Below are positions 1 through 7,773 of a stretch of DNA of 23,766 nucleotides, piece by piece; the stretch's first letter is position 1; every line of letters begins with the position of its first letter. The DNA lies in the NCBI GenBank assembly GCA_040081625.1, contig JBEBGD010000088.1:1-23766 (forward strand), in the 5' to 3' direction. The DNA comes from Chthoniobacteraceae bacterium (lineage in GTDB: Bacteria > Verrucomicrobiota > Verrucomicrobiia > Chthoniobacterales > Chthoniobacteraceae). The position numbers were made by a program, and so were the translations under genes. The notes beneath the pieces are model-generated. The model did no database searches. It saw nothing but the letters and a program-made list of their open reading frames with translations, and was not told where the DNA came from.

Positions 1-477
1 GGTGAACATGCGGATCTGCGGCTGCTTCGCGGCAACCTGCTCCTGCTCATAGTCTTTCGCGCGGCTCACGAGCATCGCCATGTTCGACTGCCCGGAGCAC
101 AGCCACACTTCGCCGATGAGCACATCGCGCACGGTGATCGTATTTTTGCCGCGCACGGTCATCGTCTGCGCCCCGGTCTGCGGCTCCATGCTTGCGAGTT
201 TCACCATCCATTTTCCGTCCGGCGCGGTCGTCGCGGTCTGCGATTGTCCCGCGAGCGAGACGGTCACTTCCTCGCCCGGCCCGGCCCAGCCCCACACGGG
301 CGCGGTGACGCCCGCTTGCAGCACCATGCGATCGGAGAAGAGCGCCGGCAGCTTCACCTCCGCATGCGCGCCACAGTCCGCGAGCACGCAGACGAGGAGC
401 GCGAGGCAGGCGTCGCGGACGTGGCGAAATGGGATGACCCGGAGCGGGCCGACGGAGGGACACGCTCGCGTCATCAT
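1..477 (-). CDS. Sialate O-acetylesterase (SASA/SGNH) family protein, 5' part only; runs off the window start
   Basis: Not in the ORF track (no stop in window). Manual translation from ATG 477, which overlaps the regulator stop (ATGA): MMTRAC...CLALLVCVLADCGAHAEVKLPALFSDRMVLQAGVTAPVWGWAGPGEEVTV...VRDVLIGEVWLCSGQSNMAM. LPALFSDxMVLQ...PVWGW and GEVWLCSGQSNM are hallmark motifs of this family. Signal-peptide-like stretch ends at AHA. Confidence 0.9.
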   Translation of the reverse strand, partial: MMTRACPSVGPLRVIPFRHVRDACLALLVCVLADCGAHAEVKLPALFSDRMVLQAGVTAPVWGWAGPGEEVTVSLAGQSQTATTAPDGKWMVKLASMEPQTGAQTMTVRGKNTITVRDVLIGEVWLCSGQSNMAMLVSRAKDYEQEQVAAKQPQIRMFT

Positions 478-1610
478 TCGGGTGCGGGGCCGAGGGTTTC
501 GCCGTCGCTGAGGCTGAGCGGCAGCACGATTTCCGTGCCGTCGTCGAGCGGGCGCTCGCGCACGCGCATCTCGTGGAGGAGCTGCGCGGCACGGCGGCCG
601 AGTTCCTCCTCGTCCACGGTCACGGAGACGAGCCGGCGGGTGAGCGCGCCTTCGCGCCACGTGCCGCCGAAGCCCACGAGCGACACCTCCTTGGGCACTT
701 TGAAGCCGAGGCGCGCGAGGACTAGGTAGGCGAGCTCGGCCTCGGAATCGAACGGGCAGAAGATCGCCGTCGGTCGCGCGGGCTGGCGCAGCATCTCGGC
801 GAGGTTTGTCTCGAGGAAGCGCTCGTGCTCGGTGGTGATCTTGTGCGTCGCGTCGAAGCGCACGAATTCGTCCGGCAAATCGCCACCGCCCGCGCGCATT
901 CCTTCGCGCAAGCCCTGCTCGTAGAGCGGCCCGAACCCGGCGCGCTGCGCTCCGCAAAATGCCGCGCGCCGATGCCCGCGCGCGGCGATCTCGCGGCCCG
1001 CCATGCGCCCGACTTCCAGCGCGGAGAAGCCGACGAGCGGCGCATGGATGCCTTCGACACGGCGATGGCAGAAGACGACCGGCACGCCGCGCTCGTGCAG
1101 CGGGCGGATCTGATGCGCGGGCGTCGGCGGAATCGTCGTCGGCACGAGCGCGATGCCGGCGACTTTTTTGTCGAGGAGCTGGAGCAGCGCGTCGGCCTGG
1201 CGAAAGGGATCGTTGTCCGTGTCGCAGACGAGCACCTGGTTGTGCAGCGCGGTCGAGGCGTCGTGGAAGCCGCGCTGGAGCGACGGGTAGAAACCGGCGC
1301 GCATCTCCGGGATGACGAGCGCGAAAAGATCGAGCCCCGACTTCATCCGCTCGCGCGCCGCATCGTGGACGAACGTGCCACGCCCACGCACGCGGCTGAT
1401 GAGCCCGCTGCGTTCGAGCGAGCCGAGAGCCTGGCGCACTGTGTTGCGCGACACGCCGGCGGAATCCGCGAGCGCGAGTTCGGTCGGCAGCGCGTCGCCG
1501 GGCTTGAGCCGGCCGGCGTCGAGTTCGCGCATGATATAAGCACGCAGCCGCTCGTGTTTGGGGAGCGCCTCGATTTCAGGCTGGGCTTGGAATTCGGAGA
1601 TCGGCGGCAT
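474..1610 (-). CDS. GntR-family regulator with C-terminal LacI/periplasmic-binding-protein sensor domain (AraR-like architecture)
   Basis: N-terminal winged HTH PKHERLRAYIMRELDAGRLKPGDALPTELALADSAGVSRNTVRQALGSLERSGLISRVRGRGTFV. C-terminal LacI-type motifs GHRR, PTAIFC, VPKEVSLVGF, LGRRAAQLL. Confidence 0.93.
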   Translation of the reverse strand: MPPISEFQAQPEIEALPKHERLRAYIMRELDAGRLKPGDALPTELALADSAGVSRNTVRQALGSLERSGLISRVRGRGTFVHDAARERMKSGLDLFALVIPEMRAGFYPSLQRGFHDASTALHNQVLVCDTDNDPFRQADALLQLLDKKVAGIALVPTTIPPTPAHQIRPLHERGVPVVFCHRRVEGIHAPLVGFSALEVGRMAGREIAARGHRRAAFCGAQRAGFGPLYEQGLREGMRAGGGDLPDEFVRFDATHKITTEHERFLETNLAEMLRQPARPTAIFCPFDSEAELAYLVLARLGFKVPKEVSLVGFGGTWREGALTRRLVSVTVDEEELGRRAAQLLHEMRVRERPLDDGTEIVLPLSLSDGETLGPAPE

Positions 1611-1720
1611 CAGGTAGGAACAAATGGCGACAAGCCATAAAGACGGGATGATCCGAAGTTTTAGGAGAAATATTTGCTTTTACGCTAAGAATGTCTGGAG
1701 GTCGCTGGTTCATACCATCC
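1611..1720. promoter_or_regulatory. Divergent promoter region between the regulator and the catabolic operon
   Basis: AT-richer intergenic segment between divergent genes. Exact -35/-10 boxes could not be resolved. Confidence 0.5.
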
Positions 1721-4207
1721 GTGAACAAGCAAGCCCTTCTCCCTGTCGCCTGCCTAGCGCTGGCTCTCCGCGCGACCTTCGCCGCCGAACCGCCGGTCTC
1801 ACTCGCGGACCAGCGCGAGCTTTTCGCCGACCGGCACCTCATCGACTCGCTAAAAGGCGCGCAGCTTCACCTCCACGAACCGCGCGACGAGGGCGTCGCG
1901 GTGCGCTTCGATGAGCCGTGGGAAGGGCCGTTCTGTGGCTACTGCACGGTGCTGCGCGATGGCGCGATGTATCGCCTCTACTACCGCGGCAAGGCGGCGG
2001 GCATGGCCGATGGCAAAGGCGAAGTGACGTGCGTCGCGGAGTCGAAGGACGGCGTGCGCTGGACCAAGCCAAAGCTCGGGCTGATCGAGTTCGCGGGCAG
2101 CAAGGACAACAACATCGTCTTCGCTGCCGACGGGCTCTCGCACAACTTCAGCCCGCTGCTCGACACGAACCCCGCGGCGCCCGCCGATCAGCGCTACAAG
2201 GCGCTCGGCGGCACGATGACCACGGGCCTCGTCGCGTTCGTATCCGCCGACGGACTGCGCTGGAAGAAGCTGCGCGACGAACCGGTGCTGACGAAAGCAG
2301 CGGTGCCGTTTCAATACATGTTCGACTCGCAGAATCTCGCGTTCTGGTCCGCGACCGAGAAGCGCTACGTGATGTTCTTCCGCGTCTTTCAGGACAAGAT
2401 CCGCCGCATCGCGCGCGCGGAGAGCGACGACTTCGTGACGTGGAAGAACGTGACGCTGATGGAATACCGCGCCGCCGACGGTGGCGCCGCACCGATCGAG
2501 CATCTCTACACGAACCAGACGCAGCCGTATTTCCGCGCACCGCAGCTCTACGTGTCGCTCGCCGCGCGCTTCATGCCCGGCCGGCGCGTGCTCACCGACG
2601 AGCAGGCGGCGGCGATCCAGGTGAACCCGAAGTATTTCCGCGACACGTCGGACGCCGTCTTCCAAACGACGCGCGGCGGCGCGACCTACGACCGCACATT
2701 CCTCGGCGCGTTCATCAAGCCGGGGCTCGGCGCTCAGAACTGGGTCTCGCGCACCACGTATCCCGCGCTCGGTGTCTTGCAGACAAGCCCGACGGAAATG
2801 TCCTGCTACACGAACCAGGACTACGCTCAGCCGACCGCACACCTGCGCCGCTACAGCCTGCGGCTCGACGGCTTCGCATCGGTGCGCGCGCCGTATGAAG
2901 GCGGCGAGTTGGTCACGAAGCCGCTCACGTTCAAGGGCGCGCGGCTGATGCTGAACTTCTCGACCTCCGCCGCGGGCGGCATCCGTGTCGAGGTGCAGGA
3001 CGCCGCGGGGAAAGCGATCCCCGGCTTCACCCTCGACGACTGCGTGGAGACGATCGGCAACGAGATCGAGCGCGCGGTGCGATGGAAGTCGGGCGACGAC
3101 GTGAGCAAACTCGCGGGCAAGCCGGTGCGGCTGCGCTTCGCAATGAAGGACGCGGACCTCTACGCGCTGCGCTTCGCCGGCGCGGCGGTCGCGAGCGAGA
3201 CTGCGCCGAAATCCGCGACGCGGCACGTCGCGATCGAGGGCGTGTGTGCGTGGCCAAACCTCACCGTGCTCCGCGATGGCACGATCATCGCGTCGATCTT
3301 CAGCGAGCCGAGCCACGGACAGGTCGCGGGCGATCCCGAGTGCTGGGCGAGCATCGACGGCGTGAAGTGGGAAAAGCGCGGCGTGCCTGCGCCGAACGAG
3401 CCCGACACGAACCGCATGAACCTCGCCGCCGGCCTCGCGAAGAACGGCGACCTGCTCGTGCTCTGCTCCGGCTGGACGAACGTGAAACAGCCGCAAAGAC
3501 CGAAGCAGGCTGGGTTTCGCGACGACATCCTGCGCCCGTGGGTGAGCCGGTCGAGCGACGGCGGGCGCACTTGGAAAATCAGCAAGGAGTTCCCTGCCGC
3601 GCTGCCCGGCTGGACCGAGTTCATTCCGTTCGGCGACATCTTCGCCGGCGAAGACGGCGCGCTGCACACGACGTGTTACGCGGGCGAGTGGACCGACCCG
3701 ACGAAAAGCACGAAGACGAAAGGGTATCGTGCGTGGCACTTCAGCTCCGACGACGATGGCGCGACGTGGAAGGTCGGCTCGGTGATCGGAGAGAAGCACA
3801 ACGAGACGTCGCTCTTCCACCTCGGCGGCAAACGCTGGATGGCTGCCGCGCGCATCGACGCCGTCGAGCTTTTCCGCAGCGACGACGACGGCAAGACATG
3901 GACCGGCCCGCAGCGCGTGACGGCGCGGAACGAAATCAACGCGCACCTCGCGCGGCTCAAGGACGGCCGGCTGCTGCTCACCTATGGCAATCGCATCAAG
4001 GACCAGTTCGGCGTGCTCGCGAAGCTCAGCACCGACGAAGGCAAGACGTGGAGCGCGCCGGTCCGGCTCGCGCACACGCTCGACGGCGACTGCGGCTACC
4101 CGAGCAGCGTGCAGCGGCCCGACGGGAAGATCGTCACCGCATACTACGCAAAACGCAGCGCGGAACTCGACGCCTACCACATGGGTGTGGTGATCTGGGA
4201 ACCGTGA
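1721..4207 (+). CDS. Secreted two-domain protein: N-terminal glycoside-hydrolase-like beta-propeller (GH32/43/130-like) plus C-terminal BNR/Asp-box sialidase-like domain
   Basis: Probable GTG start at 1721 gives signal peptide VNKQALLPVACLALALRATFA (ORF track starts at ATG 1691). N-domain motifs AESKDGVRWTKPKLGL, SADGLRW, FDSQN, LRLDGFASV. C-domain Asp boxes SRSSDGGRTW, SSDDDGATW, RSDDDGKTW, STDEGKTW and terminal DCGYPS. Confidence 0.8.
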   Translation: MNKQALLPVACLALALRATFAAEPPVSLADQRELFADRHLIDSLKGAQLHLHEPRDEGVAVRFDEPWEGPFCGYCTVLRDGAMYRLYYRGKAAGMADGKGEVTCVAESKDGVRWTKPKLGLIEFAGSKDNNIVFAADGLSHNFSPLLDTNPAAPADQRYKALGGTMTTGLVAFVSADGLRWKKLRDEPVLTKAAVPFQYMFDSQNLAFWSATEKRYVMFFRVFQDKIRRIARAESDDFVTWKNVTLMEYRAADGGAAPIEHLYTNQTQPYFRAPQLYVSLAARFMPGRRVLTDEQAAAIQVNPKYFRDTSDAVFQTTRGGATYDRTFLGAFIKPGLGAQNWVSRTTYPALGVLQTSPTEMSCYTNQDYAQPTAHLRRYSLRLDGFASVRAPYEGGELVTKPLTFKGARLMLNFSTSAAGGIRVEVQDAAGKAIPGFTLDDCVETIGNEIERAVRWKSGDDVSKLAGKPVRLRFAMKDADLYALRFAGAAVASETAPKSATRHVAIEGVCAWPNLTVLRDGTIIASIFSEPSHGQVAGDPECWASIDGVKWEKRGVPAPNEPDTNRMNLAAGLAKNGDLLVLCSGWTNVKQPQRPKQAGFRDDILRPWVSRSSDGGRTWKISKEFPAALPGWTEFIPFGDIFAGEDGALHTTCYAGEWTDPTKSTKTKGYRAWHFSSDDDGATWKVGSVIGEKHNETSLFHLGGKRWMAAARIDAVELFRSDDDGKTWTGPQRVTARNEINAHLARLKDGRLLLTYGNRIKDQFGVLAKLSTDEGKTWSAPVRLAHTLDGDCGYPSSVQRPDGKIVTAYYAKRSAELDAYHMGVVIWEP

Positions 4208-5049
4208 TCACTGACGTTCACTCCCACGCCTGGAACTTCCCCGGCGATTTCACCGCCGACTTCTGCGAGCAGGCGAAGCGCGCACGCGCCGGCGTCGAGG
4301 TCGATCTCGCGGTGCGCTTCGAGGACTACGCCGCGACCGCGCCGCCCGACACGAAGACGATCTGCTTCGGCGGCAAGGCGCGTCTGAGCGGTGTGTGGGT
4401 CGATGATCGACACGTCGCCGACTACTGTGCAGCGCACGCGGACCGGCTCATCGGTTTCCTCTCCGTCGATCCCACGCAGCCCGGCTGGGAAGCGGAGCTC
4501 GAGCACGGCCACCGCGCGCTCGGCCTGCGCGGGATCAAGCTGCTGCCGATGTATGCCGGCTTCCGTCCCGACGAGTCGCGGCTCGATCCGCTCTGGCGCT
4601 ACGCCTCGCAGCACGCGCTGCCCGTGCTGCTGCACACCGGCACGACTTTCATCGCGCAGGCGCCGCTCGAATGCACGCTGCCGCGCCACCTCGATCCGGT
4701 CGCCGCGCGTTTCCCCGACGTGAAGATCATCATGGCGCATCTCGGGCATCCTTACGAAGGCGAGTGCATCGTCACCGCGCGCAAGCACGCGAACGTTTTC
4801 GCCGACATCAGCGCGCTGCACTACCGCCCGTGGCAGCTCTACCACAGCCTCATGCTCGCGCAGGAATACGGCGTCTGGCACAAGGTGCTATTCGGCACCG
4901 ACTATCCGTTCACGACCGTAAACGCGACCGTCGATGGGCTGCGCAAGCTGAACGACTTCACGCGCGGCACCGGCCTGCCGCGGCTCGACGAGGCGCAGAT
5001 CGAAGCGCTCATCCATCGCGACGCGCTGGCGTTGCTCGGGCTGACATGA
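4204..5049 (+). CDS. Amidohydrolase family protein (Amidohydro_2-like metal-dependent TIM barrel)
   Basis: GTG at 4204 overlaps the upstream TGA. Motifs DVHSH (HxH), GIKL, PVLLHTG, IIMAHLGHP, VLFGTDYP. Only the C-terminal part of track ORF 3082..5049 is real. Confidence 0.9.
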   Translation: MITDVHSHAWNFPGDFTADFCEQAKRARAGVEVDLAVRFEDYAATAPPDTKTICFGGKARLSGVWVDDRHVADYCAAHADRLIGFLSVDPTQPGWEAELEHGHRALGLRGIKLLPMYAGFRPDESRLDPLWRYASQHALPVLLHTGTTFIAQAPLECTLPRHLDPVAARFPDVKIIMAHLGHPYEGECIVTARKHANVFADISALHYRPWQLYHSLMLAQEYGVWHKVLFGTDYPFTTVNATVDGLRKLNDFTRGTGLPRLDEAQIEALIHRDALALLGLT

Positions 5050-5873
5050 GCGAGCATGTCGGTGTCGTCGGCCTCGGTCTGCTCGGGCGCGGGATCGTCG
5101 CGTGTTTTCTCAAGCACGGCTTCCAAGTCGTCGCCGTCGATCGCAGCGAGGCACAGCTCGCGCAGGTGCCGGGTGCCACGAGCGATTTCTCGCAACTCGC
5201 AGGCTGCACGTTCGTCGTGGAGAGCGTCACCGAGGACGTGGGGACGAAAGACGAGGTGCTCGCTGCGATCGAAACCGTGGTCAGCGCGACGACGGTGATC
5301 GCGAGTAACACGTCCGCGATCCCGATCAGCCAGCTTCAAGCGCGCCGCGCGCACCCGGCGCGCTTTATCGGGATGCACTGGGCCGAGCCTGCGGAGATCA
5401 CGCGGTTCATGGAACTGATCTGCGGCGAGCAAACGTCGCCCGAGACGCTCGCGACCGCCGAGGCAATGGCGCGGCGCCTTGGCAAGGATCCGTGCGTCGT
5501 TCGCAAGGACATCCCCGGCTTCATCGTGAACCGCATCGGCTACGCGATGTATCGCGAAGCGCTGCACCTGCTCGACACTGGAGTCGCCGATGCGGAGACG
5601 ATCGACCGCGCGGTGCGCAATGCGCTCGGCTTGTGGGCGACCGTGTGCGGGCCGTTTCGTTGGATGGACATCACGGGTGGACCCGCCGCGTATGCGCGCG
5701 CGATGACGCCCGTGCTGCCGACGCTGTGCAATGCGACCGCGCCCTCACCGACGATGCAGCGCGCCCGCTTTCACGAGTGCAGCGAGGAAGAAGCAAAGCG
5801 GTGGGAGGAGCTTTACCACCGCCACGCGCAGCGTGTGGGAGAAATGCAGCGCGAATACTTCGGCGAACCATGA
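5046..5873 (+). CDS. 3-hydroxyacyl-CoA dehydrogenase / L-gulonate 3-dehydrogenase-like NAD-dependent dehydrogenase
   Basis: ATGA overlap at 5046. Rossmann VGVVGLGLLGRG, plus VVESVTED, ASNTS, GMHWAEP (catalytic His), PGFIVNRI, GPF. Confidence 0.88.
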   Translation: MSEHVGVVGLGLLGRGIVACFLKHGFQVVAVDRSEAQLAQVPGATSDFSQLAGCTFVVESVTEDVGTKDEVLAAIETVVSATTVIASNTSAIPISQLQARRAHPARFIGMHWAEPAEITRFMELICGEQTSPETLATAEAMARRLGKDPCVVRKDIPGFIVNRIGYAMYREALHLLDTGVADAETIDRAVRNALGLWATVCGPFRWMDITGGPAAYARAMTPVLPTLCNATAPSPTMQRARFHECSEEEAKRWEELYHRHAQRVGEMQREYFGEP

Positions 5874-6901
5874 ATGTCTTAATTGTCGGCGTCGGCTCCA
5901 TCGGTGAACGCCACCTGCGTTGCTTCGGCGCAACCGGTCGCGCGACGCTCTCGCTGTGCGAATTGAATCCCGCGCTGCGCGAACAAGTCGCCGCGCGTTA
6001 CGGTGTAGCCGCGTTGCTCTGCGACGCGCACGGCGCAGAGCGCCGTGGCTACAGTATTGCGGCCTTCGCCGACTACGAGCAAGCGCTCGCAGCGAAGCCG
6101 CAAGTTGTCGTGATCTGCACGCCGGCGAATCTGCACATCGCGATGGCCGCGCGCGCGGTGGAGGCGGGCGCGCACGTCTTCATCGAGAAGCCGCTGAGCA
6201 CTAAGCCCGACGGCATCGCCGAACTCGACGCGGCCGTGAAGCAGCGCGGACTCATCGCGGGTGTCGCCTACGTCTATCGCGCGCACCCGGCGCTCGCGGC
6301 GATGCGCGCGGCGTTGCGCAGCGGGCGCTTTGGGGCGCCGGTGCAGTTCGTTGCGACCTGCGGGCAGCACTTCCCGCTCTATCGGCCCGCGTATCGCGAC
6401 ATCTATTACAAGGACCGCGCGACCGGCGGCGGCGCGGTGCAGGATGCGCTCACGCACGTGATGAACGCGGCCGAGTGGCTCGTCGGCCCGGTCACCGCGC
6501 TCGCGGCGGATTTCGATCACAAGGTGCTCGAAGGTGTAACGGTCGAGGACACCGTTCACGTCATCACGCGGCACGGCGCGGTGATGGGAAACTTCAGCCT
6601 CAACCAGCATCAGGCGCCGAACGAAACGTCGCTCACCGTGATTTGCGAGCGCGGCACGGCGAGGTTCGAGGTGCATCAAAATCGCTGGCGCTGGCAGACA
6701 CAGCCCGGCGGCGATTGGACGGACGAGCCCGGCGCGCCGATGGAGCGCGATACGTGGTTCACCTGTCAGGCTCATGCTTTCCTCGATGCGGTCGAAGGCA
6801 AGGCGCCGGTGCTCTGCACGATCGACGAAGCCGCCGCGACGTTGCGCGTGAACCTCGCCATCCTCGCCGCGGCGGAGCAACGTCGCTGGATCACTCCATG
6901 A
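5870..6901 (+). CDS. Gfo/Idh/MocA family oxidoreductase
   Basis: ATGA overlap at 5870. Motifs IVGVGSIGERH, ICTPANLH, HVFIEKPL, GGGAVQDALTH. Confidence 0.92.
   Translation: MNVLIVGVGSIGERHLRCFGATGRATLSLCELNPALREQVAARYGVAALLCDAHGAERRGYSIAAFADYEQALAAKPQVVVICTPANLHIAMAARAVEAGAHVFIEKPLSTKPDGIAELDAAVKQRGLIAGVAYVYRAHPALAAMRAALRSGRFGAPVQFVATCGQHFPLYRPAYRDIYYKDRATGGGAVQDALTHVMNAAEWLVGPVTALAADFDHKVLEGVTVEDTVHVITRHGAVMGNFSLNQHQAPNETSLTVICERGTARFEVHQNRWRWQTQPGGDWTDEPGAPMERDTWFTCQAHAFLDAVEGKAPVLCTIDEAAATLRVNLAILAAAEQRRWITP
6004..6053. repeat. Inverted GTAG-type REP doublet (REPIN-like) lying in frame inside the Gfo/Idh/MocA gene
   Basis: Left arm TGTAGCCGCGTTGCTCTGCGACGCG (6004-6028). Right arm reverse complement TGTAGCCACGGCGCTCTGCGCCGTG (6029-6053). 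20/25 identical; each arm is GTAG plus an 8-bp hairpin with a TCT loop. Confidence 0.8.
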
Positions 6902-7665
6902 AAACCGTGCAGCAACTTTTCGATCTCACCGGACGCACCGCACTCATCACCGGAGCGAGCGGCTTCCTCGGCTCGGCGATGGCGGCGGCGCTCGCGGAGG
7001 CGGGGGCGCACGTGATCGCCGCGAGCCGCAAGCTCGAAACCGCGCGCAAGGTAGTGGCATCGCTGCCAGGCAAAGGCCACAGCAGCGTGGCGCTGGACCA
7101 CATGGACGAGAGCACGATCGAGCGTGCGATGAAGAAGATCGGCGCGGTCGATGTGCTCGTGAACAACGGCCACGAAGCGCAGCCCGCGGATTGGCGGAGC
7201 GTGACCGGCGAGCAGTTCACGCGGCAGCTTGCGAACGCGACAGGCTATTTTCTCCTCGCGCGCGCGGTGCGTGATGTGGCTGTCGCAGCGAAGCGAAGCG
7301 CGAGCGTGATCATGCTCGGGTCGATGTATGGGCAGGTGGGTTCGTATCCCGATGCCTACGAGGGGATTTGCGGCGCGAGTCCGGCGGCGTATCACGCGCT
7401 CAAGGGCGGCGTCGTGCATCTCACGCGACATCTCGCGGTGTATTGGGCGCGCGATGGCGTGCGTGTGAATTGTCTCAGCCCCGGTCCGTTTCCCTCGGAG
7501 AAGGCCGCGAAGAAAATGGTCGCGCGGCTCAGGAAGAAATCGCCGATGCAGCGCATGGGCCTGCCACATGAACTCAAGGGCGCCGTCGTCTTCCTCGCGT
7601 CCGACGCGAGCAGCTACGTGACCGGCCACAACCTCGTCGTCGATGGCGGCTGGACCGCGTGGTGA
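6898..7665 (+). CDS. Short-chain dehydrogenase/reductase (gluconate 5-dehydrogenase-like)
   Basis: ATGA overlap at 6898. Motifs LFDLTGRTALITGASGFLG, VLVNNG, SMYG, YHALK (YxxxK), VRVNCLSPG, SSYVTGHNLVVDGG. Confidence 0.93.
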   Translation: MKTVQQLFDLTGRTALITGASGFLGSAMAAALAEAGAHVIAASRKLETARKVVASLPGKGHSSVALDHMDESTIERAMKKIGAVDVLVNNGHEAQPADWRSVTGEQFTRQLANATGYFLLARAVRDVAVAAKRSASVIMLGSMYGQVGSYPDAYEGICGASPAAYHALKGGVVHLTRHLAVYWARDGVRVNCLSPGPFPSEKAAKKMVARLRKKSPMQRMGLPHELKGAVVFLASDASSYVTGHNLVVDGGWTAW

Positions 7666-7744
7666 ATCCCTTTTCACCTTCGACGACGAATCGCTGCCGA
7701 GGCGGGACAACGTTCGCGTCGCGCTCGTCGCGGGCGGGAAGCAC
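7662..7744 (+). pseudogene. Possible 5' remnant of a lost further operon gene
   Basis: A coupled GTG at 7662 overlaps the SDR TGA as at the other operon junctions. A shifted frame (7670-7744) reads LFTFDDESLPRRDNVRVALVAGGKH, a protein-like stretch that ends just before the convergent reductase gene. Confidence 0.35.
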
Positions 7745-7773
7745 GCGGTTGGACTCTTTGCAATCTACGTGGA

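Noticed and set aside
1850..4180. Long antisense or alternate-frame ORFs (e.g. 1850..4180-, 9066..10181-, 17945..19138+, 19256..20761+, 22046..23380+)
   Set aside because: Shadow ORFs of well-supported genes in GC-rich DNA, Arg-rich and without motifs.
3082..4203. N-terminal extensions of track ORFs 3082..5049, 4671..5873, 5492..6901, 6475..7665, 9731..10789 and 11846..12835
   Set aside because: They overlap the upstream real genes. The coupled starts (4204, 5046, 5870, 6898, 10250, 12062) coincide with the family N-termini.
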